Shown in pieces: positions 25,921 to 37,600 of a stretch of 64,000 bases of DNA (position 1 is the first letter of the stretch; the number at the start of each line of letters is the position of its first letter). The DNA lies in NCBI RefSeq assembly GCF_001194135.2, contig NC_068993.1, positions 10,518,318 through 10,582,317 of the forward strand. Reading direction: 5' to 3'. The notes under the pieces were generated by a model. The model searched no databases. It was given only the letters and a program-made list of their open reading frames with translations, and was not told the DNA's origin. The position numbers and the translations under genes are program-made. The DNA is from Octopus bimaculoides. Its lineage: Eukaryota.

Positions 25921-26225
25921 TACTTGTACACACACAAAGACATAGACAGGGAAACACATGCACATACACAAACATATATACATTCATACAGATAGAGACA
26001 TGTACACACACACATATAAATGTTCTTTGCATTAGAGGTCACAGCCAAAGCTATATACTGGGGTATCACGTTCTGCACCACTGCCAGCACATTGTATCTA
26101 TGCATTTGTGAGTGTGCATACATGTAGCAATGTACATGTGTGTGTGTGTGTGCATGTGTGTGCAGAATATTTCCATCCAATGAACTCTGGTCATGTTGGG
26201 TCATACATTCATATACCCACACACG

Positions 26226-26300
<75 letters not shown>

Positions 26301-26675
26301 CAATACACATATGCACATCACGTTGGTGCATGATAAAAGACGCTTAGTCTGTAGTTTGCAATGAAGTGGGTGAGACACGTCCAACCTATGCCAGTACAAC
26401 GAAACATATCTAATGTGTATTTGTGTGTATCTGTATTGATTCAATATGTATTTGAGCAAGTACGTGTGTGTGTATATATGTGTGTGTTTGTGTATATATA
26501 TATATATATATGCATATATATATATACACACATATATACATTTGACACAGCATTTGACATTATATGTATGTATGTATGTATGTATATGTTTTTATGATGT
26601 GAATAACTACAGCAAATCCTGTTGAATCCCAACCACACCTAAAAATCTAGTTATGTGTAGGAGGCATTGTGGCAA

Positions 26676-26709
<34 letters not shown>

Positions 26710-26710
<1 letters not shown>

Positions 26711-27106
26711 GGTGGTGATCTGGTAGAATAGTTAGCACTCCAGGCAAAATGCTTAGCATGATTTCGTCCAACTTCATGCTCTGAGTTCAAATTCCACCAA
26801 ATCGACTTTATCAGGGTTGATAAAATGAGTACCAGTTAAGTACTGGCGCTGATGTAATCGACTTGTCGCTTCCTCTGAAATTGTTGGCCTTGTGTCAAAA
26901 TGTGAAATCATTGTTATTATTATAAAGGCAGTGAGCTGGCTGTATTGTTAGCATGTTGGGCAAAATGCTAAGTGGCTTTTTTGTCTGAGGTTGATTTTGC
27001 ATTTGGAGATCAGTAAAATGAGTATTAGTTGGTCGCTGGGATCAATCTAATTGACTTACTCCAGCCCAAAGTTGCTGGCCTGGTGTCAAAATTTGAAACC
27101 ATTATT
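26710..27106 (+). mobile_element. Two head-to-tail D SINE copies preceded by (ATT)n
   Basis: Copy 1 26710-26922 and copy 2 26926-27106, each ending in gaaa(t/c)catt(g/a)tta. Confidence 0.85.
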
Positions 27107-27371
27107 ACCTCCACCTTAGTGAAGACAGAGGTATTGTTTTCAGTTGTGTTTGTTTGTTTGTCTGTAGACAAGATATCTCAAGAATCGCTTGATAGATTCA
27201 AATGAATCTTTCAGGGATGTTTGGCCTCATGACTAGCATGAATGGATTAGATTTTGGGATTGATCCAGTACCAGACAAGGATTCTGGATCATCTTTCCTG
27301 CTTTTTTGCTTAATTTTTGACATTGGTGTTACCTTGGCAGAGGTTTGTGCTCTCTGAGTGCTCATTACTAC

Positions 27372-27420
<49 letters not shown>

Positions 27421-27454
27421 TTGATTATTATCATTTTTACTGCATTTCTTCCAA

Positions 27455-27712
27455 CTTTACATTATGAGTACAAATTCCACTGGGATTGACTTTGCCTTTC
27501 ATCCTTCCAAGGGTCAATAAAATAAATACCAATTACATACAGGGGTCGATGTAATTAACTTATCTCCTCACCTGAAATTGCTGGCCTTGTGTCAAAAGTT
27601 GAAACCATCATCATCATCATTATTATTATTATTATTATTATTTTTTATTATTAAGGTAGCAAGTTGGCAGAATCATTAGTGCTTTGGACAAAAATGCTTC
27701 ATGGCATTTGTG
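27455..27712 (+). mobile_element. D SINE 3' part plus the next D head, embedded in (ATT)n tracts
   Basis: gactttgcctttcatccttccaagggtcaataaaataaatacc...tttgaaacc(atc)n(att)n then ggtagcaagttggcagaatcattag. Confidence 0.75.
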
Positions 27713-28142
27713 AAGAGTTACGTCAATCCTTTTAAATTATTTATTATTATTATTATTATTAATATTATTATCATTATTATAATTATTATTATTATTCAGC
27801 AGTGTTATTGCATTTCTATGCATGCTTTCACTGCACAATCAAGCAATGGCTCAGTGGGCCTTTAGTGTGTGTAGCGTTTTGTTGTTTCAAATTCTGTATT
27901 CTATATGTATTGTATTCCATATGCACTATTTCTCTGTATATTGTGCATATTTATATGTCATTGGGTTTGGGTTCTGTATTAACTTGTATGTTTTATATTT
28001 TATTATATTATACATTTTACCACCCACCATCAACAAGAACATTGATATGCATAAATACACATGTAGGACATGTACAGATAGACATACTTGGTGTTAAAGT
28101 ATATATATATATGTATGTATTGTGTACATATATATTTGTGCA

Positions 28143-28516
28143 GGTATGGCTGTATGGGCTCAGACATGGCTGTGTGGAAAGAAGCTTGCTTCCTAACCTC
28201 TTGATTCAGAGTTCACTCCCACTGCATAACACCTTGGGAAGGTGCCTTCTATTATGGCCTTGGGCTGACCTAAGCCTTGTCAGAAGATTTGGTAGACAGA
28301 AACTGAAAGAAGTCCACCGTGTGGCATGCAAAAGCACCCACTACACACTTAGAGTGGTTGGCATTAGGAAGGGCATCTAGCTGTAAAAAACTTGACAAAT
28401 CAGATTGGAGCTTGGTGCAGCCTCTCGGCTTGCCAGTTCTCAGTCAAACCATCCAACCCATGCCAGCATATAAAGCGAACATTAAACAACAATGATGATG
28501 ATGATGATGATGATGA

Positions 28517-28520
<4 letters not shown>
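28143..28520 (+). mobile_element. SINE B head joined to an RTE 3' end (B-C chimera)
   Basis: B head to gaaagaagtccacc (about 28318), then gtgtggcatgcaaaagcacccactacacacttagagtggttggc...(gat)n. Confidence 0.8.
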
Positions 28521-28553
<33 letters not shown>

Positions 28554-29194
28554 CTTGGTGACAGGAAAATAGAACTCACAACATGAGTATATATTTACAG
28601 AGTAATTCTCAGGCCTTGAGTCTGCTGATTAAAAACAATAATAATATATGCATTTATGTGTGTATGTGTGTATATATATATATATATATATGACATTGCA
28701 TATAACTGTTTCCTCTGCAATGTGTGCATGTGTTCACAAAAGATTTGTCTCCTTATATAATGCAGTAATTAACAATGAGATTCATTATATATTCATTGCA
28801 CATCTAGCTTTGTCATAGGAAATAAAATTTGCACAACATGAGATTTTTGATGCACTGACTGCTAAAAATCAGAGAAAATGTATGTCTGTGGGTGTATACA
28901 TATGCATGTGTGTGTGTGTGTATGCCAAAGTGGTTATGAAATTCACTTCCATTCCATGGAGTGCTTTGTTCATTCTCCTTTGCGCAGTGTTTTCCACTAC
29001 AAGTCTGGCATGACCAAAATCTTTTAAGTGGGTTTGGTAGATGGAAGCTGAAAGAAGTCCAGTGTGTGTGTGTTTATACTTGTACTTTCCTGAAAATCAC
29101 TGATCTACAAGCAGTGACATTGTTGCCGTTTCCCCACTGTCAACAAATTTATCTACTGGCTGTGTGCCTTTTGAAGATGTATGTAATAACATAT

Positions 29195-29600
29195 AGGCGT
29201 AGGAGTGGCTGTGTGGTAAGTAGCTTGCTTACTAACCACATGGTCCCAGGTTCAGTCCCACTGTGTGGCATCTTGGGCAAGTGTCTTCTACTATAGCCTC
29301 GGGCCGACCAAAGCCTTGTGATTGGATTTGGTAGACGAAAACTGAAAGAAGCCCATCGTATATATGTATATATATATATGTATGTGTTTGAGTGTCTGTG
29401 TTTGTCCCCCCAACATCGCTTGACAACTGATGCTGGTGTGTTTATGTCCCCGTAACTTAGCGGTTCGGGAAAAGAAACTGATAAAATAAGTACTAGGCTT
29501 CTAAAGAATAAGTCCTGGGGTTGATTTGCTCGACTAAAGGCGGTGCTCCAGCATGATCACAGTCAAAAGACTGAAACAAGTAAAAGAGTAAAAAAGAGTA
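29195..29600 (+). mobile_element. SINE family B, best full-length copy
   Basis: tRNA-like head ggcgtaggagtggctgtgtggtaag...ggttcagtccca, cttgggcaagtgtc motif, internal TA/TG microsatellite, tail ending gtaaaagagtaaaaaagagta. Confidence 0.93.
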
Positions 29601-29886
29601 TATTCCTTAGTCGAAGAAAAAGAAAAAAAAAGAAGAAACTAAAACAGTTGTGGGTCAGTAATAGGCAAATCATCCAGCTATAAAGCAAAGCTGCAATAAT
29701 AAATTTACCTAACCTATGCCAGCATGTCTAGGACAGATCAAGAAAAATAACCATAGAAACAAAAATATATGGCTGGCTGGACACATTTGTCTGCCTGATG
29801 GAATATAGTCTAATTAAGTCATTAGTTTTCTAATGGAATATTGTTAAATATATGGTATTCTGGTTGCTTTCTAATAGAAAGCATTG

Positions 29887-30313
29887 TTAACCCTTTGCTT
29901 GTCCTCGGCAGAAGTAAAAATTTGCATAAGAGAGCTGAACAGCCGTCTTCAGAGAAAACCCCAATCAGCCAAGTGTTTTGGCCTTTAACTTATTACACTT
30001 TAAGGGGGCCAGGTCCAATCCAGGTCATGACCCCTGGGGTATATTTCTGCTGACACTTTTTAGCTACTTAGATATTGGAGACTTGTGCATTTAAACTGCA
30101 TGGAGGGTTGATCTAGCTGGAACTAAAAGTCCATTCTTGTTTTCAGATTTAGCCCTTGTTTCATACATTCTAAATAATATTAAGCTTTTCTTACATAAGT
30201 CCCAAGTTACACTAGTAGGGGGAGAAAATTGGGAATGTGTACCATATATAATGTATGGATGTGAAAATATCTCCTGTGTATTCATATGTGAAACAGGACA
30301 GACAAAGGGTTAA
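29887..30313. mobile_element. piggyBac-like MITE (TTAA target, ccctttg TIR)
   Basis: ttaa|ccctttgcttgtcct ... aggacagacaaaggg|ttaa. The ends match at 17 of 19 positions including the TTAA; non-coding interior of 419 bp. Confidence 0.75.
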
Positions 30314-30582
30314 ATATGATATAGAATCCTAGAAATTTGAAGTTTGATGTTTTTTTTTATTAATATGGCAGATATTTCTGCTGTAGTCTGAGCAATAGAT
30401 TTAGCTCTTTATAATTTCTTATTGATCTATGAATAAGAAATGAAAACTAAGACAAATTAACCCTTTAGCATTCAAATTTCTTTGTCAAATGTATTACTTG
30501 TTAATTCATATTGTTTTGAAGTAATCTATAATGCTGCTAAGACAGCCTACTCAAGTCTATAGAAGACATTTGCTCAAAGTGA

Positions 30583-30978
30583 AGTGGAGGCGCAATGGCC
30601 CAGTGGTTAGGGCAGCAGACTCGCGGTCATAGGATCGCGGTTTCGATTCCCAGACTGGGCGTTGTGAGTGTTTATTGAGCAAAAACACCTAAAAGCACCA
30701 CGAGGCTCGGCAGGGGATGGTGGCGAACCCTGCTGTACTCTTCCACCACAACTTTCTCTCACTCTTACTTCCTGTTTCTGTTGTGCCTGTATTTCAAAGG
30801 GCCAGCCTTTTCACACCGTGTCACGCTGAATGTCCCCCAGAACTACGTTAAGGGTACACGTGTCTGTGGAGTGCTCAACCACTTGCACGTTAATTTCACG
30901 AGCAGGCTGTTCCGTTGATCGGATCAACTGGAACCCTCGACATCGTAAGCGACGGAGTGCCAACAACAACAACAACTA
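30583..30978 (+). mobile_element. SINE family A, full length, inserted in a minus-strand B head
   Basis: TSD ctcaaagtga at 30573-30582 and 30979-30988, with a (CAA)n tail. Confidence 0.95.
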
Positions 30979-31364
30979 CTCAAAGTGATGCAGAGTGGGA
31001 CTGAACCCAAAATCATATGGTTGTAAAGCAAACTCCTCAATCACATAACCATGTATTTTTATGCATAAGAATAATTATGTATTTATTTATCTATGTGTTT
31101 ACATTTGTAAATGAAAAGTACTTTATACATTCTCTTTGATACATTTAACATATTTAATGCATTTTTAACATACATGGATAATCACACTCTCACAAGTTCT
31201 ATAATTATTACCAAGCAAAGCATAATTATTTTGTTGTTCTTTTGCTTATTAGGTACAACAACAACAACAAAGTCTGTTGATTTCTTTTGAATAGGCACAA
31301 ATCCAAAATTTTTCTAGGTTAAATTGTTCACTGAATTACGCCCCACAACTTATTTATTGGCTCA

Positions 31365-31590
31365 AAAATGAGCCAATAAAGGAACCACTACATGGTCGCT
31401 CCTTTTGCTAGAAATAGCAGCCAAATTCTTCCCACTACTACCGCCACCAATTACATTTTACCATCATAGAAAAGGAGAAAACATTGGCTTTGGTATTTCT
31501 AGTTACCTGGAAACACTTTTGGAATGGCTATGAATTGAGTATCATTGATCTGTTTGATCAGAGCTGACCTGGGTCTTAACAATAATGGTT
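31365..31590 (+). mobile_element. Older dispersed repeat family F (SINE-like, aacaac tail)
   Basis: gctagaaatagcagccaaattc...gatcagagctgacctgggtcttaacaataat. Related reverse copies at about 49140-49390, 47810-47900 and 6140-6200. Confidence 0.45.
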
Positions 31591-32182
31591 TCTATTTAAA
31601 GCACAACATGAGCAATTTTAGAGGAATGGGGTTAGATGATAGCATTGACCCCAGTACTTGACTAGTACTTTATTTTATATACAGCAAAGTTATCTTGGGT
31701 GAGATTTGGATCATAGCCATGTGTTGGGGGGAATTCTTTGGGGTTTGAATAATTCACTTCTGGAAACATGGGTGTTTCATTCATTATCCTTAAACAAACC
31801 TTATTCAAGGACCTTTTGAGTAGGATGGGCTACTCCACCTGAAGAAAATTCTAACTGGGTCCCACAAGCTGTTTATCTTGATATGAAATCACTATGTCAT
31901 GCACAAATGGGAAGTCATGATGGGAATATTGGGCTTCATATATTCGTACCCCAGTGTCACTTTGATGGCATGCTCTGCTCTCTCACTCAGTAATAATAAA
32001 AGTGAAATAGAATCAGTGTGTGTTTATTGTTGGCATAATGACCCTCCTGAAACACACCACAGGATTCAACATTAACAAAGCATAGACCCTTATGTATTTG
32101 TGTTGTAGTGACAGGGGAATATTGTTAAGTAAATGCACAAGGAATCTACAAGAGTTTAGCGACTAAAATATGGGTTTTTCTA

Positions 32183-32357
32183 AGGCATGGCTATGTGGTA
32201 AGAAGCTTGCTTCCTAATCACATGATTCTGGGTTCAGTTTCACTGTCACACCTTGGGTAAGTGTTTTCTACTGTAGCTTTGGGCTGACCAAAGCCTTGTG
32301 AATACATTTGGTGGTTGGAAACCGAAAGACAATCACACACATATATATATATATATT

Positions 32358-32388
<31 letters not shown>

Positions 32389-32430
32389 GCATATATCTAT
32401 GTGTGTGTGTGTGTCTTTGTGTCTGTATTT
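32183..32430 (+). mobile_element. SINE family B head plus microsatellite
   Basis: ggcatggctatgtggtaagaagcttgc...aaagccttgtg. Confidence 0.75.
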
Positions 32431-32880
32431 TTCCCACCCTACATCAATGGGACGATGTGTTGCAAGTTATGCATAGCTGAATGCACGAGAATCCTCGTGC
32501 AAACCAGAGAACATACTTAACTCCAGAATGGAGATTTTCAAGCCATGTTTACATTTTAGGAGGTTCCTGCTAGCCTTCTGGAGCCCACAAGATGGCAGTA
32601 CAGCCGGAAATCAAGAGCCATTGGCAAAGGGAGATAATCCCCAATTGATACCTTTGAGTACGGCGTTTACTTCTTTGTATTTTTTAAGAGGTCATGGGCC
32701 AACATGTTTTTGGGATTTGATGAATACGCCATAAAGCTAAACCCTTTATGAACAGGAAACCTAAGGCAATCCCATAAACTGGCCTTCCCCATTTTTAATA
32801 TATACTGCTCTACATCTGAGAGTGTGCTGCTTCTTTTGGATTTATGCCTTTTACAAACAATATATAAATTTATATATATA

Positions 32881-33047
32881 CTCTCAGAGTGGTTGGCGTT
32901 AGGAAGGGCATCCAGCTGTAGAAACTCTGCCAAATCAGATTGGAGGCTGGTCTTGCCATCCGGTTTCACCAGTCCTCAGTCAAATCGTCCAACCCATGCT
33001 AGCATGGAAAGCGGACGTTAAACGATGATGATGATGATGATGATGAT
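32881..33047 (+). mobile_element. RTE 3' end (family C), young copy
   Basis: ctctcagagtggttggcgttagg...ggacgttaaac(gat)n, with TA-rich or (TA)n flanks on both sides. Confidence 0.9.
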
Positions 33048-33564
33048 ATATATATATATATATGTATTTTGCCTATAATATTGGNNNNNNNNNNNNNNNN
33101 NNNNNNNNNNNNNNNNNNNNNNNNNNNNNNNNNNNNNNNNNNNNNNNNNNNNNNNNNNNNNNNNNNNNNNNNNNNNNNNNNNNNNNNNNNNNNNNNNNNN
33201 NNNNNNNNNNNNNNNNNNNNNNNNNNNNNNNNNNNNNNNNNNNNNNNNNNNNNNNNNNNNNNNNNNNNNNNNNNNNNNNNNNNNNNNNNNNNNNNNNNNN
33301 NNNNNNNNNNNNNNNNNNNNNNNNNNNNNNNNNNNNNNNNNNNNNNNNNNNNNNNNNNNNNNNNNNNNNNNNNNNNNNNNNNNNNNNNNNNNNNNNNNNN
33401 NNNNNNNNNNNNNNNNNNNNNNNNNNNNNNNNNNNNNNNNNNNNNNNNNNNNNNNNNNNNNNNNNNNNNNNNNNNNNNNNNNNNNNNNNNNNNNNNNNNN
33501 NNNNNNNNNNNNNNNNNNNNNNNNNNNNNNNNNNNNNNNNNNNNNNNNNNNNNNNNNNNNNNNN

Positions 33565-33596
<32 letters not shown>

Positions 33597-33927
33597 CAGA
33601 AGGAGCGAGAGAGTCATTTTTGTTGTCTCTTCAGCTTATTTTCGTGTTAGTCATGCTCCATTTCTCCCCAGTTATTTTTGAAACTCTGTGACAATAAGAA
33701 ACCTTTAAAACCAAGCTAGTTCAGTTGTGTATGTGTGTGCACGCGGCAATCCCATGTATTCATGTATGCATGTGTGGCGTAACCTATGCCAAAGCAGCAG
33801 CAATTTATAAGCAATATCTATCTATCTATCTATTCATTTAATCTATCTATCTATCTAGGCAGGTAGGTAGGTAGGTAGCTAGGTAGGTAACAAATGTAAA
33901 AGGTAGCATTCTACATTCACATACATA

Positions 33928-34148
33928 TACAAGGGGGTGTTGAAAAGTTCCTGGCTTTAAGTAAAAGAAAATACAGGAAGATCATTTAATTATGATTTTA
34001 TTGAACATATTCCCCTCTCAGATTCACACACTTATTGCAGTGGCCCTTCAGTTTTTCTAAGTCCTGTAAAAGAATTTCCAAGATAGGACCTCCAACCAGG
34101 CCTTTCATGATACTCTTAAAGCCTGGAACCTTTCAGCACCCCCTCTTA
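33928..34148. mobile_element. Mariner MITE family E
   Basis: tacaagggggtgttgaaaagttcctgg ... cctggaacctttcagcaccccctctta. Confidence 0.88.
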
Positions 34149-34318
34149 TCATCATCATCGTTTAACGTCTGCTTTCCATGCTAGCATGGGTTGGACGATT
34201 TGACTGAGGACTGGCAAGCCAGAAGGCTGCACCAGGCTCCAATCTGATCTGGCAGAGTTTCTACAGCTGGATGCCATTCCTAACGCCAACCACTCCGAGA
34301 GTGTAGTGGGTGCTTGCG
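34148..34318 (-). mobile_element. RTE 3' end (family C) abutting the terminal TA of the MITE
   Basis: tcatcatcatcgtttaacgtc...aaccactccgagagtgtagtgggtgc. Confidence 0.9.
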
Positions 34319-34367
34319 AAGGGTAGATTCTCACAAGTGTAAAATATAATTAAAGGTACTCAATGGT

Positions 34368-34602
34368 GCAGGCTTAGCTGTGTGGTAAGAAGCTTGCTTC
34401 CCAACTACATGGTTCTGGGTCAGTGTGTGTGTGTGTGTGTGTGTATCATCATCATCATCGTTTAACGTCCACTTTCCATGCTAGCATGGGTGGACGATTT
34501 GACTAAGGACTGGTGAAACCAGATGGCTACACCAGGCTCCAATCTAATTTGGCAGAGTTTCTACAGCTGGATGCCCTTCCTAACGCCAACCACCCAGAGA
34601 GT
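34368..34602. mobile_element. Partial B head (+), (TG)n, then an RTE 3' end (-)
   Basis: gcaggcttagctgtgtggtaagaagcttgc at 34368-34420; C copy at 34445-34602. Confidence 0.8.
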
Positions 34603-34617
34603 ATATGTGTATGTATG

Positions 34618-34674
<57 letters not shown>

Positions 34675-34675
34675 A

Positions 34676-34813
34676 TGTGGCTTAGAAGTTAGAGTGTTGG
34701 ACTCATGATCATAAGATTGTGATTTCAATTCCTGGACCAGGCGATGTGTTGCATTCTTGAGCAAAACACTTCATTTCTCATTGCTCCAGTCCACTCAGCT
34801 GGCAGAAATGAGT
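34676..34813 (+). mobile_element. SINE family H (CORE-like)
   Basis: tgtggcttagaagttagag...tttcaattcc...ttcttgagcaaaacacttcatttc..ttgctccagtccactcagctggcagaaatgagt. Confidence 0.75.
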
Positions 34814-35272
34814 AATCACATGTGAATAGTTCTGACTTTAGTCCTCTAATATCTCAGATATCCTCTGTTCCTATTACATCTTGACATACCATACCGTTCA
34901 AGATATTGAGTTATTGATAACAGAGAGAGAGAGAGAGAGAAACATGGGCACTTGGTGCACACACGACACAGCCACCGGTTTACAATGTCTTGACATTCTA
35001 TAAAAAACAGAGTAATTGATGATAAAGGGAGAAAAAACATGGGCACTTGGTGCACACTTGATGTTGTCTGTTCCTTGCTTGGTTCTTTCATTCTTTGTGT
35101 GTCAATGCAGCCACATAACTTCTCTGACATGCGTAAAATGTCAGACACAAGCCACATTGTCGAAGATGAGACAGAAGGTCAGAAGTAATATAATAATATA
35201 TCTGTACAGTAAGTTTCTATCTATCTGTCTGTATAGTGTGTGCATGCTATATGTATGTGAGATCGTGTGCAC

Positions 35273-35469
<197 letters not shown>

Positions 35470-36288
35470 TACACACGCTAATACACGACTTATAATACCC
35501 AATCCTGTTCATACAACGACTGGGGCAAACTAATCGGTATACAGCACTTACTCGGTATTACCTGTATCCTCTGGGGTTTGTTTAATTCCAATACCTTCCT
35601 CAACCTTATATATATATATATATATATACGTATGTATGTATGTATATATATATATATGTATTTATGTGTGTAGGCCTATAGGAAAATACCTGTATGTAAT
35701 GTTATGCATGCTAAATATAGATGTTGTAGAGTCTCGGCTATTTAATATAGTGGAGCAGTAAAACTTCAAGTAACTGACATTACCTTTGCAACGAGAAGAC
35801 AGAAACTCCCTCCAGGAGCATGTTTAAAATTTTTATAACTACAAGTTAGGGAGATAACTGTCATCATATCAGCTAATTCAGATTTTAAGAAAACAAATTA
35901 ACGACAGGCGATGAATTTCCAGCCTGTTGGCTGGTTGGTTGGCTGGTTTGTTGGCTGGTTTGTTGTCGGATATTTTATCCACTCTGACAAGCCAGCCTTG
36001 GTTTTGCTTCTTCGGCACATTTACCATTAAATGTGTCAAAAGTCAAACAGTCAACCAACCATTCTAACTGGGACAGCTTCTTTTTTTTTTTTCACCTGTC
36101 ACTATTTCAGGTGAACTGTGGGCATATCTAATGAAATCTTACAGTAGTCAGAGAGTTTCTGGTTGCATACAAATATATTTTGTGTGAGTGTGTCTACAAA
36201 TGTGTACATAGATGTATGTGTATATGTGTGGATGTGTAAATATATGTATGTAAGTATATATATGGATATACATGTGTGTATGTATGAA

Positions 36289-36334
<46 letters not shown>

Positions 36335-36909
36335 TGTATGTATGTATGAATATGTGTGTATATATACACACACACATCATTGTAGTTATTGTTCTTCTAC
36401 CTGCCCATGCTGGCAAGCACGAAACAGGCCATTACAGACAGAGACAATAACTGTTCAGAGCTGGTCCCCTCTCAAATAGTCCCGTGGACTACATCTCAGT
36501 TCTAAGTTCCAACAAGGTTTATGTTGATAACATACCAAGTATCCATTACCACAGACATGGATCCCTGTTAGGTATTCATCACTTACTCCCACATACCATG
36601 AAAAGAGCAGCTAAGTCTCTTGTAACACCAACTACAATGGCCACACCTTACTCCTGTATATTTAGTTTATTATTACACTTAAACAAGTGACTCTTTGGTA
36701 TTATTCTTTTTCATGCTGGCACCAACAATATGTGCTGTTCAAATGAGAACAATATGTTCTTATTTGATCATAGTTCCCACATTTTTTGGTGGTTTTAGTC
36801 TATTCCTTTCAGCACTCAATCAAATTTTTTTTTTCATAGTTGGTATATTGGTGAATAATCTACCTTGTTCAGGTTGAATGGATCCAAAATTTCTTTTAAA
36901 TCATATTTG

Positions 36910-37131
36910 TTTAATCCATTAGCATTCAGATTATTCAATCAAATTTAATATTTATTCAGATTGCTTTGAAATAAACACGCATTATCTCATAGTTTTGAGA
37001 TTTCAATGTATGATCGTATATTTTTAGAATGATATTGTGGGGTCGGTGTGAGGGGTCAGATCTGGTCAATTTGAACACAAAACAGGTAGAACATCTAGGC
37101 CGGTTACAGCTAGTTTAAATGTTAAATGGTT
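36910..37131. mobile_element. TTAA-flanked MITE family G
   Basis: ttaatccattagcatt ... aatgttaaatggttaa. A reverse-orientation copy lies at 45920-46130 and a partial copy at 30458-30530. Confidence 0.75.
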
Positions 37132-37139
37132 AAGTATTC

Positions 37140-37600
37140 ATTATTGCCGGTGAGTTTTATGAAAAATCCCAGCCCACTTGCATCAATATTGCGAAACATT
37201 ACATCACTTTTGTAAATAATCGCCACAAACTTCGTTACAGCAAAATCATTATATTGACTGATGTATAAAGGGTTATTACATCCAAGTTACCTATAATGTA
37301 ATTTGTTAAGTTATTGGAGTGGTTACTGTCATTGATTTTACTGAGGTGTTCAATGTTGTTTCCAACATCTATAGGCATTTCTGCTAATGGTCGTATGGCC
37401 ATTGCGAAGAGCCAATAGTTGCTGGAAATATTGGCTCCACAGACTGATCTAGGTTCAGGCTCTAGCAATGAGATCAGAGGTAGGTATGTAATTTTTCTGA
37501 AGTCCACACAATGCAGATACATTATTTTGGGTGGTCAGAAGTCATTTCTAGTCTGATTTCTTTGAGTGGAAGATGTTATGCTTGTAACCTTGTTAATCAC
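37140..37600 (-). pseudogene. Penelope-like element reverse transcriptase fragment
   Basis: Minus translation gives PPKIMYL..., PEPRSVCGAN..WLFAMAIRPLAE, IIGNLDVITLYTSVN (PLE-type xLDVxxLYT motif), then after a frameshift DFAVTKFVAIIYKSDVMFRNID..GLGFFIKL. Confidence 0.65.

Noticed and set aside
35700-36100. Non-repetitive island that might be a conserved regulatory element
   Set aside because: There is no positive evidence without cross-species alignment.
36395-36660. Possible LINE 5' or endonuclease-region fragment on the minus strand
   Set aside because: No diagnostic motif could be read with confidence.
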